Source: Eledone cirrhosa
Taxonomy: Eukaryota
Reading direction: 5' to 3'
DNA: 64,000 bases
NCBI GenBank assembly: GCA_964016885.1
Contig: OZ024745.1
Coordinates: 123,814,001 to 123,878,000 of the forward strand
Shown here: piece after piece, positions 26,450-38,355 of the stretch
How positions within the stretch are numbered: position 1 is the stretch's first letter
How the letters are laid out: every line of letters starts with the position of its first letter
The notes under the pieces: model-generated
The model's input: only the letters and a program-made list of their open reading frames with translations
Database searches by the model: none
What the model was told of the DNA's origin: nothing
Position numbers and translations under genes: made by a program

Positions 26450-26782
26450 GGAGGCACATGGCTTAGTGGTTAGAGCATTGGCCTTGCAACCGAAAGGTTG
26501 TGAGTTCAATTTTCAGACCGGGTGATGTGTTGTTTCCTTGAGCAAGACACTTTATTTCACATTGCTCCAGTTTACTCAGCTGTAGAAATGAGATGATAGG
26601 GACTGGGATCCCTATCATTCCACTGCAAAGTGGTCATGGAGGTGCCACGGCAAAAAAGCACCCAGCACTCACTGTAAATGAGGTTGGTGTTAGGAAGGGC
26701 ATCCAGCTGTAGAAATCAAGCCAGAATCAGTTCCCGTCCCACCCTTGCAAGCAGGGAAAAAGCGGACGTAAAATGAAATGAA
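26450..26782 (+). mobile_element. SINE family A
   Basis: Full head, body and tail. Confidence 0.85.
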
Positions 26783-26959
26783 TTTGATTTATAGTTAATT
26801 GCCTGTCATCCCTCACCTTATGCTGAACATGATCAACGTTTTCCTCAGTGGTGGAAGTTGCAGGATGTTCAGACATTGGGTCAACTTCAAGACTCTCTCT
26901 CTTTCTCTTAAATTCAGATGCTCACATTTACACTGTTGATAAAGCTGGAGTATACTCCG

Positions 26960-27445
26960 CTAATGTTGCAACTATGTCAGCATGAATGTCTTTGGGGATT
27001 CAACCAAATGCCCATAGTATCGGAGCTGTGATCTCTCAATTCGGAGAAGTAGCGTCTCCACCTGGAACGACGCTCTGATCTTTGAGTTATGCACTTTATC
27101 AAGTAACTTTACTCCAAAGACCCTTCAGAGGAATCCCATTTTGGCTGCTTGTATTCGCGATCGTATTCTTTCAGTTATTACCCAAGATTCATGACCATAG
27201 GTAAGAGTTGGCATGAATACCAAATTGAAGATAGCGAGTTTGGCTTTTACACCAACTTCATTTCTTCTGATTATCAAATGCTGATACTGGCATATTATTG
27301 CACTTAATTCAGCCTCCTGCCTTCCATTACTCATGAACACAGCCCTGAGATACTTAAACTTCTCCACCTGATTCAGTGGAACTCCACTTAGATTTAGAGT
27401 GCACTGTGCTGGCTTCCTTGAGAGGATGAGTGTCTCAGTTTTCCA
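26960..27445 (-). mobile_element. RTE (Expander/Rex3-like) RT fragment
   Basis: VEKFKYL…KAKLAIFNLVFMPTLTYGHESWVITERIRSRIQAAKMGFL. Confidence 0.75.
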
Positions 27446-28112
27446 GCCATTCAGTGCTCAGAATCAAACCATACACACATATATAATTTCAATTATAGTA
27501 TTGAGCATTTTTCTTCATGTTTGCTAATGCAGATGTATGGACTTGTATATTTTATCAAAATGTATAAGATGCCTGAATTTCCTGTATAACATTTCTGTCC
27601 TACCTTCATTTTTATATAGCTGTGTTTATATAACCCCATGGCAAATACATGAATGTATTATTCGTGTTGCTATTGTTGTTGTATATAAGCTTTGTAATAT
27701 ATCATTTGTTGATTAAATTTTCAATATAACTTTCTTATTCCTCTGGGATGTTTAATCTGAAAATAGTTATATTTTCCATTTTTCTTCTTTTTTTTCTGAA
27801 CTTAAATCTGTTTATGAGTTTGATCATGATCATCAATTAACTACTGTCTGTGTTGGCATGGGATGGGTAGGTCATCACAGTTTCATATTAGACAGGTTAG
27901 AGAACCACATCATATGTCCCATTTTTTTGCTTGCATTCTATGAAAAAGTTACTCTGTCATTTGCTTTAGGTGTGCTATATAGAAAAGAGAAATATTACAT
28001 ATATATATATATATATGTATGTATAATATATATATGCATGTATAATATATATATATGTATGTATAATATATATATATGTATGTATGTATAATATATAATA
28101 TATATGTATAAT

Positions 28113-28498
28113 ATCATCACCGTTTTATGTCCGTTCTTCCACGCTAGCATGGGTTAGACGGGTTGTCCTGTTGTGGGTAGTGTCTGGTCGGCTGACCATG
28201 TCTTGCTCATACGGAAACTGATTCTGGCTTGATTTCTACAGCTGGATGCCCTTCCTAACACCAATCTCATTTACAGTGAGAGTGCTGGGTGCTTTTTTGC
28301 CGTTGCACCTACACATCCACTTTACAGTGGAATGATATGGACCCAGTCCCTATCATCTCATTTCTACAGCTGAGTAAACTGGAGCAATGTGAAATAAAGT
28401 GTCTTGCTCAAGGTAACAACACATCACCTGGTCTGAGAATTGAACTCACAACCTTTCGATTGCAAGCCCAATGGTCTAACCACTAAGCCATGCGCCTT
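28113..28498 (-). mobile_element. SINE family A, long-tail variant
   Basis: Head, body and a LINE-like 3' UTR tail. Confidence 0.85.
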
Positions 28499-28499
28499 A

Positions 28500-28530
<31 letters not shown>

Positions 28531-28532
<2 letters not shown>

Positions 28533-29322
28533 TTATATTTATTTATTAAAATAACAGATTAAAGTTTAAGCAAAGAATCACTGCTTTCACCCCTAACGGG
28601 ATCTTCTGAAACTGAAAAAGTCAATCTGTGAACGCAGAAGTAAATATTTCAAAAAACGTTGCAACCGAAGGTGTGTGTGTGGGTGTGTGGGTGCGCGTTG
28701 TATACGTATTTATGTGTGTATATGTATATACGTTTATTTAATTATGTATACACGCACACACACATGTGTATATATGTTTTTTTTTTATGTTTATTTGGTG
28801 TATATGTTCGTATGTGTGTGGTACAGGCGTTGCGTGGGATCTGTATGTGCGTGTGTGTGTGGGGTTTTTTTTGTGTACGTGCTTGTATTTGCATACCCAT
28901 GGGTAGTGGTTTCGTGTATGCTTGTGTATGTACGTATATGGATGTGTGTATGTATATATTTAATTTCAATTCCCTCTGTATTTTATTTACTTTATTCTTA
29001 ACTCTGAAGTCGAGAATCATTCGGTTCCTAAATAAATTATTAGTCTACGACTTCATTTATGCCATAAACGTGGTTTTGTCTTCACGTGTAATTGTTTTCA
29101 CTGCACCAAATAATGACGTATTATCTTCGTTTTTTTCCGTTCTTTGCCAGGGATCGTTTCCACGAACAAAAGTATCGTCTTCCTGTCTTCCTTCGGTTGC
29201 AACGTTTTTTGAAATATTTACTTCTGCGTTCACAGATTGACTTTTTTAGTTTCGGAAGATCCCGTTACGGGTGAAAGCAGCGATTCTTTGCTTAAACTTT
29301 AATCTGTTATTTTAATAAATAA

Positions 29323-29331
<9 letters not shown>
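28531..29331. repeat. Inverted repeat (~140 bp arms) in (TA)n, PLE pLTR-like
   Basis: 28531-28671 is the near-exact reverse complement of 29190-29331. Confidence 0.85.
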
Positions 29332-29394
<63 letters not shown>

Positions 29395-29395
<1 letters not shown>

Positions 29396-29805
29396 TGTAT
29401 ATATAGTGTATTTTGCAATACACTGTATGCTTAATTAAAAGCATTTCGAAGACCTTATGCTATCGTTTTAGAGTAGTGACAGATTCACTTACTTTAATTT
29501 TCAGCAAACAGGGAAGATAAAGCTGACAGGGTCCTGTTTCGCATTTATTGATGCTTATCAAAGCCAACTACTCCTCCTGTTTGCTGAAATCATGGATGTT
29601 TGGTTCTTATAGAATTCTAGTAAATAATCAGGAACTGATTATACAGAGCAGCTGCCGGTCAAGCAGAAAATTAGAATTGGTTCTCTGAAATAGCTATGTA
29701 TATATAGTGTATTTTGCAATACACTGTATGCTTAATTAAAAGCATTTCGAAGACCTTATGCTATTGTTTTAGATTGGTGACATACTCACTTTAATTTTCA
29801 GCAAA
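29395..29805 (-). mobile_element. Terminally redundant 301-nt unit (~110 bp direct repeats) carrying a hammerhead; retrozyme/pLTR-like
   Basis: 29395-29508 repeats at 29696-29805, flanked by (TA)n. Confidence 0.75.
29499..29589 (-). ncRNA. Type I hammerhead ribozyme, U3-A8 core variant
   Basis: Minus strand: ttcagcaaacagg…ggct-TTGATAA-GCAT caataa ATGC-GAAAC AG gacc CT GTC^agct…cctgtttgctgaa. Confidence 0.75.
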
Positions 29806-30002
29806 TATATATAAATATACACACACACACATAAGGCACATGGCTTAGTGGTTAGACCATTGGGCTTGCAGCGATTCTTTGCTTAAACTTTAATCTGTTA
29901 TTTTAATAAATATTTGCTCTATGGTTCTTATATATCTGATATATATTTATCCTTATAGAGCCCTCTTTGGATTTTAGTCTTCAAACTTATTATTATTACT
30001 AT

Positions 30003-30311
30003 ATCATCATTTCATTTTACGTCCGCTTTTTCCCTGCTTGCAAGGGTGGGAAGGGAACTGATTCTGGTTTGATTTCTACAGCTGGATGCCCTTCCTAACA
30101 CCAACCTCATTTACAGTGAGTGCTGGGTGCTTTTTTGCAGTGGAATGATAGGGACCCCAGTCCCTATCATCTCATTTCTACAGCTGAGTAAACTGGAGCA
30201 ATGTGAAATAAAGTGTCTTGCTTAAGGAAACAACACATCACCCGGTCTGAGAATTGAACTCACAACCTTTCGATTGCAAGGCCAATGCTCTAACCACTAA
30301 GCCAAGTGCCT

Positions 30312-30313
<2 letters not shown>
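30003..30313 (-). mobile_element. SINE family A
   Basis: Head, body and tail, with a small internal deletion. Confidence 0.85.
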
Positions 30314-30343
<30 letters not shown>

Positions 30344-30420
30344 CGAAGGAAATGTGGTAAGGAACCAGGTGGACCATAACGCACCAAAGTACTCAATACT
30401 TGAGGTAGTAGAGTGGGTAA

Positions 30421-30548
30421 TAGGAACCAGTAAGACCCCGACAGCTGAGCTCAAGCCGTTTCGACGGCTAATTCTGGACTAAAATCCATTTTAGTCCAGA
30501 ATTAGCCGTCGAAACGGCTTGAGCTCTGCTGTCGGGGTCTTACTGGTT

Positions 30549-30552
<4 letters not shown>
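30421..30552. repeat. Near-perfect 132 bp palindrome containing the 3' half of a hammerhead
   Basis: 65-bp arms, 2-nt apex, 1 mismatch. Contains GAAAC-GGC…GCT-GTC. The module (30342-30552) is flanked by (TA)n, and a diverged relative lies at ~18300-18410. Confidence 0.85.
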
Positions 30553-30589
<37 letters not shown>

Positions 30590-31600
30590 GCATTAACGGA
30601 GAAAGCTAATAGCGATACTCCGGCAAAATTCCAACTCACTCAACAAACATTAGGAAATATCTGAGTATATTCCTAATTATACGTTCGGGGTGTTAACTAA
30701 TTGTATTGTGTGGAAAATTGGCTGTATCATTTCATATGAGATATATCAAATATGTCACTTCCCAGACGACTCGTTCCATTATAAGATTGTTTGCCTCTCT
30801 TCTTTGTATACTCACCGCATATAAAACAGAAAGAGGCAGGGTGGTGCCGGTAGCCTCTTGAAGCCATTCTTAAAATATAGAAATACATGCAGTCAGAAAA
30901 TATAGATCTTATAGATCTGAAAGTATGAATAAAAACATGTTAAATGAACATACATGTATAAAATAAGTAGGCTAAAGTCATCAAATTTTGAAAACAAAAA
31001 TTAATATTTAGCACCAAATTGCAGTGCAGTTCAATGAAAGAAATGTTTAATTACAAGTCTAATGTCATGATCGAAACCTAAAATACAAAATAAATTTGAT
31101 ATGCAATACAAAATAAATATTGGAAAGGGAAATACATATTTAAATAATATAAAAGAACACTAATCATACTAATGAAAATTTGTGCTTAAAACACAACTTA
31201 CCCTTTATTCAGGGTGCGAACATCCAGTATCAATAAATCTCTTTAATCCACTTTTTAACAATTTTATACTTTATTGCACTTTTATAATTTTCTTTAGGTA
31301 TTACTCTTTATTTTATCATTTTAATTTAAACTGAAACATATATAAAAAAAATCATTTAACATAAGCAAATTAAACTTACATACAAGGTAAAATCCAGCAT
31401 ACAAATAATTCTAGTGAATAGCTTAGAATTTTTACAAACCCAAACTTTTAACTGTTTAATAGCACTTTTTTTTTATTTATTTGGGACCTGAGCAACACAA
31501 AAAAGTGATTACAAGCCAGGAACAGAGAAAAAATTTTTTGGGGTTGCAATGTTATTTATCTTTTAGTCACAATTTCAATTTCTGCCTGAGGAATGACATG

Positions 31601-31820
31601 TTAACCCTTTAGTATTCACATTACTCTCTATATACTATTATGGTAAAGGCTTTACCTCACATAATTATCTCACATAATATCGAATCTATGAGATTTTGAA
31701 AGTATTTATTTTGAAAACAATACCTTAACATCAGTTTGAGCGACCAGTTACAGCCAGTTTCAACAGAAAGAAGTAGAGAATTCTGGCCAGTTTTGGCCGG
31801 TTTGAACACTAAAGGGTTAA
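31601..31820. mobile_element. piggyBac-derived MITE family 1
   Basis: ttaaccctttag…ctaaagggttaa. Confidence 0.85.
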
Positions 31821-32933
31821 ACTTGTTTATCCAGTGACATTCCATTATCACGAAATTTGGTGTAATGAAAAATTCTTTATAATGAGATTGACTGAAACAA
31901 ATCGAACATTTGTTTGTTATTACCTCAAGGATTGAAAAAAATTTCATTATAATGAAACATTTGTTATAAAGGAATTCGTTATAACAGAATTTTACCTGTG
32001 TTGCAATGATTTCTGAGTATTCAAATTTATAGAAGACTCAGAACCAAACAATGATGGTAAGTTTTATGTAAATTATGTTTGGCTTACAAGAATAGAAATA
32101 AAGAAAAACATGTTTAGCTTCTACCCAAGTATAGGACATTTATTTTCCTTCATTCTTTACTATTTTGTTTTATTTGTGTTCAATTAGCTAATTTTCTAGA
32201 ATTGTAGTAGAGTAAATGAATATATTAGGCTCACTACAAGTTGTTTTTCTAAGTTTTGGTGTTGTTGTCGTTTTTTGCACTTTCTATGGAATCTCAGCTT
32301 GTTTGCATTATGTTGTTTTGTCTAATTATTCAGTTCAGTATTTGTTCTACAACTTACAACCCACTAATTACTATTGAGAGAAACATTTTTTTTTTATGGC
32401 ATGTATCAAAGAAAAAATAAAATCTTTTGCTTCAGTATCTCATCATAGCTTGTATCTCTAGGTTCCTACCTATACTGGTTAGTTAGTTGTGTGTATCTTT
32501 GATAACCTTTAATGTTTTCATTTTTCTTTTCAATTTCATTTCACTTTATTAATTCTTTTACCAGTTTCTTTCAGTCTTTGGACTGAGGCCATGTTGGAAC
32601 ACCAACAAAGGATTTTAGTGCATATCATCACCAGTATATATATACTGGCACTTATTTTATAGATCACCATTTGTGAAACTGCTAATTTGCAGGACATAAA
32701 CAAACAGCATCAGTTTTTATGTGGGGCCAATGTACATAGAGACATAGGGACAATCATACACACACACACACATACGTTCACAATCTTTTCTAGTTTCATA
32801 TATATATTCTGTTATTTCATCATTGTGAATATATATGTGTGTGTACATACACACATCTGTATTTTCTCAAAAATGGTTTTTCTGTTTCTTATTCATCTCA
32901 CTCTATGTTTCTATTCATCTTTTATTTCTCATT

Positions 32934-33043
32934 CTCTCTTCTGATGAAGGATTAGTGTCCGAAACGTTAAGGCTCATTTTCTACTATATCAAGTGTTAAA
33001 TGATGGACTAGTGTCTGAAACGTTAAGACTGAATTTCTACTAT
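32934..33043 (+). ncRNA. Tandem minimal HHR-like motifs (one intact-looking, one decayed)
   Basis: CTGATGAa-GGA ttagtg TCC-GAAACGTT-aag, followed by a ~40 bp direct repeat ggactagtgtctgaaacgttaag. Stem I is weak. Confidence 0.5.
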
Positions 33044-33102
33044 TTCTTCATTGTACCGTTTCAATTACTTTGTTATTTCTATTTGCTTTTTGCATACACT
33101 GT

Positions 33103-33331
33103 TTAACCCTTTAGCATTTAAACCAGCCATATCCGGTCAGAATTCCATCACCACTTTCTGTTCAAACTAGCCGTATCTGGCCACTCATTCTTATATTAAG
33201 GTATTGTTCTCAAAATAAATAATATTAAAATCTCATAGATTCGATATTATGTGAGATATCATGTGAAATAAAGCCTTTACCATGAAAATACAATAGTTAT
33301 ATATAGAGTAATGTGAATGCTAAAGGGTTAA
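33103..33331. mobile_element. piggyBac-derived MITE family 1 (reverse orientation)
   Basis: TTAA flanks and TIR ccctttagcatt. Confidence 0.85.
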
Positions 33332-34347
33332 ATTCACACCATCTTTGGTATGAATTGTTTTGTCAGAATGGTCTTCAATCTCTTGATATCCACCAGTGTT
33401 CAGTATATTTATTTTAAGTAATTGCTTGAATATAGTTCAGTTATTTCAAAATGTAATGATTTTTAACAATACATAAAAATCATACTCAAGGGTAATTCAC
33501 TGTAGAATGTATTGTCAGTTGTTGTTTTTTTATATATATTTCCTAAAACCGAAATTATAGTTTTGTTGGTGGATTTTACTGTTGTTTCTCAGAATGTTAT
33601 CTCGACCATTCCATATATTTACTAAAAATGTCCACTTTAATTACACCCCATTTAAGGTCAACAACCATTGAAGTACTTTAAGTAATGAAACAGTGCTTTC
33701 ATTATTGGTGATTCTCTGTAATCCCTGACAAAACATGTGTTATGACAGCTGATAGCAACAATTATTCAGCCTAGTTAAATGATGCTTCAGCATTTACTTA
33801 TAACACACTTTTCTGTCATTTCAATTATACGTTGAATTAAAGACTTACATCTTCCAGTCCTAGATTGCTAATGATCATGAAAATGATGCTATATCTTACA
33901 TTAAGCAACATTCTTATACAAGCTTCCTAACATAATGAGTGTTCAGGTTCCTGGAAAAATGCTTTAGGTAATGTTTTATACTTCTAACCATCTGAAGATA
34001 TACTGTCTCTGCTATACTTGAAACACTGTAAATATGAGTGTGTCATTGTTAGTATTACCTTGCAATAGTTTTAACCTTCCTAGTCCCATAATGAAGTTCC
34101 TTTTCTGTTTCATCACCTTTATATTTATGTATGTGTTATTGTGTGTATATATATATATGTGTGTGTGTCCTGTTTACTCATCTGTTTAATAAAAAATCTG
34201 ATCCATTGTTTTTGAGCTCTTTAGAGGCTGAGTGTATGGAGCTACATAACTGCACATCGATAATTTTTCTCTGTGAAACAATTGTAAAATAGTGGGTTAA
34301 TTAACTATATGTATATAGGTCAATTTTATCTAACTGTTCTTCAAACT

Positions 34348-34381
<34 letters not shown>

Positions 34382-34521
34382 AGTATATATATGTATACAG
34401 ACGTACAGTAGTATATATATACATACATTTATATTTATATTTAAGTAACAGCCGTACTAAGAGTGAGAAATGAAATTTTGTTTCATTTTTTCCATTTATA
34501 TATATATATATATATATATAT

Positions 34522-34741
34522 ACGTTTGTATATGTATAATAAAGCCAAAACAATGCAGGTATGGACATAGAATAAAGAATGCAAATGCAAAAGATATTGT
34601 TGACAATTAGTCTTTTACCTTGGATTTATTTAAATAAATCTAAGGTAAAAGACTAATTGTCAACAATATCTTTTGCATTTGCATTCTTTATTCTATGTCC
34701 ATACCTGCATTGTTTTGGCTTTATTATGCATATACAAACGT
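34522..34741. repeat. 220 bp spacerless palindrome next to (TA)n
   Basis: 110-bp arms centred at 34631/34632, with 2 mismatches seen. Confidence 0.92.
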
Positions 34742-36028
34742 TTATACCTCATTACACAATGCTTCAAGTGAACTATAACCTCCTCCTATATATATATATA
34801 TATATTGTTATACTTTGGGAGGGTCATGCTGCCAATAAAAACATTTATTAAAAACACCAGAAGGCTGAACTGGAAATACCCCTTTAAAGTTTTAATGTTA
34901 TAAAAAACACTATACATATTTTAAATGCCTATTTATATCATCCAATCATAATGTAAGACCTTTGCAATATTATCAGGTGCAGATTACATAATTAGTGTGT
35001 GTATATATATATATATATGTGTGTGTGTGGCTTCTATTTCTAGTAGGTCAAGCAGTTGTGTAGTATAGAAACTCCCTCTTTGGCTTGAATAAATACTAGT
35101 AATATGCTGAGAGCATGGATCAATTGGCTATGAAAAAAAAATAAACATCTTAACCATTATAAAAATATTCAAAAGGTTATAAATAATAATGTTCTTATAA
35201 AGGAGTGTAAGCATGATTTATATGACCGACCAAGAGGTGGACATTGATGGACTGGTATTAAATTGTTGGATGAACGATGATGGTATATGATAGGAGAAAT
35301 TAATATAACTTGCAAGCAGATAATTAATAAGGAGACTGCCTGAAAAGCTTTCATAGGTTTTTAGTAGATTCTACTCCTTCCTTATCAGGAAAGAGCATGC
35401 AGATTATATAGAATTACAAAAATGAGAGTGACTTTGAGATTAGCAATAAGGATAATTGAATGTAAAACTGTTTATATATTTTTACAGAAGAGTTTATTTC
35501 ATTTCTGAGCTGTATTCAATTTATTGCATCTTATTGAGTTATAAGATAAATTTGTTGCAGCTCTTTTTTTTAAATCCTCCGTCTTCATTCATTAAAAATC
35601 TCCCTTGGCTAAACAGTATAAATTAAATTAAATGAAACAAAAGAAAAGGTCATTTTATTTCTATCAACAATTGTTTAAACACCACTTTTTTTTTTTCCTG
35701 TTTACCTTTGTGAAAGTTGTTGATCAATACTATTGTGTGTCTTTCCTCAAAAATTCAGAGAGCCTATATAAATAGTTCTTCATATTTATTCATCTATAAA
35801 TAAATATTCATATTTCTTTGGTTCTGTATTACTGTTTGTCAGTGCAACAGTTGTCGTGGTGTATAACTTAATGTAGTTCATCTTTATCCAGATATTGATA
35901 ATTATCTGTCCTATATTTAAGTAATGATATAGCAATAATAGTTTTACTATTGTCGCCTATTATTGTTATATTCATGTAAATTGAAGTACTTCCTCTCTTG
36001 GAAGAAGCCATCAAGCCATGGATATCAT

Positions 36029-36074
<46 letters not shown>

Positions 36075-37084
36075 CATTAATAAAGATAGTGATGTTACAT
36101 AAATCGTTTATTCGGAACATATATATATATAGAGAGAGAGAGAGGGAGGGCCCATGCCATCCTTGCAAGCAGGGAAAAGCGGGCATAAAATGATGATGAT
36201 ATATATGATATAATATATATAATATATATATGGCAGCATTAAGAGATCCCAGTAGCCATTGCTGGTAGTGAGGGCCTCTAAACTTTATTGTATTTCTTCA
36301 TTACTTCTATGAACCGAGAAGACCTGTGCATCATATTATATTTTCATCATTCCAAGCTCAATGGATTCTGCCAGTTGTTTCACTCTAGCAATGATTTCCT
36401 CATTCACTCTTCCTTTTATTATTCTTATTATTTTTTTCTACTTCTCAGTATTTTTCTCCAATTTTTCTCTTTTTGTTTTCCTCTCTGATAAAGTTTTCTG
36501 CGAATAAACAAGTTAGTTTGAGATTCATGCTATCGCATAAAGAATTTATCTCATTATAGTTTATGTATGAAACAAGTGTACATTAATGTGATAAATACAA
36601 CGTGTAAGCAGCAAGTTAGTATAAATTCAACTGCAAGTATCATGGGAGTAGTGACCGGTTGATTGATTTATTTAGGGTTCTGTGAACTGCCTTGTGTATA
36701 GTGTGGACTACACTGATCCACTCATAAATAGTCCTCGGATCTTGTGAAATGCTTTTTTGTTGTAGTTTTACCATAAATATGAATAAACTATGTGAAATTA
36801 AGCTGCTCTTTCCAGTGAAACAATATGGCTGAAAAAATATTTCTGGATGCCAGGAAGGACATCTGACCATAAAACATTGTCTTTAAAAAGACCCTTTAGT
36901 GTGTATGATTAAATCTTTTATGAGGGTCAGAAGGCTAACCCCTACTTTAGCAGGGAAAATATCTTTCAAGCATTTGTTGTTATACTTTAACACTTTAAAC
37001 ATACCGATCAAGGTATTTTGTTCTGTTATCCGCTTCTGTTACTTCTCTTATTTACACCATTCTCAACATTAATTAGCTGTTGGT

Positions 37085-37300
37085 TTAACCTTTTAGCATT
37101 TAAATTGGCCATATCCAGCCAGAATTTTCTCACCTCTTTCTGTTCAACCCGAGGGTAACAGCCCACTCATACTTATGTTTCAGTAATGTTCTCAAAATAA
37201 ATAATATCAAAATCTCATAGATTCAATATTATGTGAGATAAAGCCTTTACTGTGTAAATACAAAAATATTTATAAAGTAACGTAAATGCTAAAGAGTTAA
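37085..37300. mobile_element. piggyBac-derived MITE family 1 (reverse orientation)
   Basis: TTAA flanks and TIRs. Confidence 0.8.
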
Positions 37301-37605
37301 ATCCTTGCTTTAGCCAGACTTCTTCAGTAAGGCATTACTGTAATTATCAAGTTTGTACATTTATTATCTGTTTTCATGATGAATTAACGAATATCTTTTA
37401 TTTATTATTTTAAAAGATTTTAGTGTCAATACCCAGAGTAGGTGATTGCACATAGGGCTAACCTAAGCATTGCAATAGGATTTTGAATATGTTAAATTTT
37501 TATATATGTTAAATTTTTATATACTGCGAAAATTTGTATTTCTGATCCTAGAACAAAATGAAATGACTACTAACGTACATTGAATATGTGACTAAACTCA
37601 CTTCG

Positions 37606-38355
37606 TTAACCCTTTAGCATTTACATTGCTCCAAGGCCATAGTATCTATGCTTCCCCTGTTGACAAAGAAGGGTTTCTCCCTGCATTCGAAAGGACGGTT
37701 ATATGATGCCTGTGTGAGATGTGTGATGCTGCATGGTAGTGAGACATGGGCAACAACTGCAGAGGATATGCGACGGCTGGAGAGAAATAAAGCAAGGATG
37801 TTCCGTTGGATGTGCAATGTCAATGTGCGGGAACGACCAAGCATAGACGAGTTGAGAAAGAAACTGGGTATAAGAGGGATAAGTTGTGGTGTGCAGGAGA
37901 GAAGACTGAGATGGTATGGACATGTGATGCGCATGGAGGATGACTGTTGGGTGAATAAGTGCCAGGAAGTCCCAGTGGAGGGAAGAGGCAGTAGAGGTAG
38001 ACCACGAAAAACATGGGCAGAGGTGGTGGGAGCAGACCTCAGATCGCTGAAACTCACTGAGGAGATGACGAAGGACCGCGACAAGTGGAGAGATGCTGTG
38101 CAACCCTTGCAAGCAGGGAAAAGCGGACGTAAAATGATGATGATGATGATTACTCTATATATACTATTGTATTTTCATGGTAAAGGCTTTATCTTATATA
38201 ATGATCTCACATAATATCGAATCTTAGATTTGGATATTATTTATTTTGGGAACAATACTTTATCATTGGTACGAGGGGCTAGCTATGGCCAGTTTGAACA
38301 GAAAGAGGTGAGAGAATTCTGGCCGGATATGGCCAGTTTAATGCTAAAGCGTTAA
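37606..38355. mobile_element. MITE family 1 interrupted by an RTE insertion
   Basis: Left end 37606-37630; the MITE resumes at ~38150 (ttactctatat…) and runs to TTAA at 38352-55. Confidence 0.8.
37648..38150 (+). mobile_element. 5'-truncated RTE LINE (second subfamily)
   Basis: Open frame KGRLYDACVRCVMLHGSETW…RRLRWYGHV…RGRPRKTW, short 3' end cccttgcaagcagggaaaagcggacgtaaa(atg)n. Confidence 0.88.

Noticed and set aside
26450-26525. tRNA-like sequences with A and B boxes
   Set aside because: These are SINE heads that continue into a SINE body and tail. There is no clean cloverleaf, so they are not called tRNA genes.
29253-29290. HHR-like CGGAAGA-tCCCG tta CGGGt-GAAAgc (CAGAAGA in the other arm)
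   Set aside because: U4 is missing in both arms and there is no stem III or NUH site. At best this is a dead relic.
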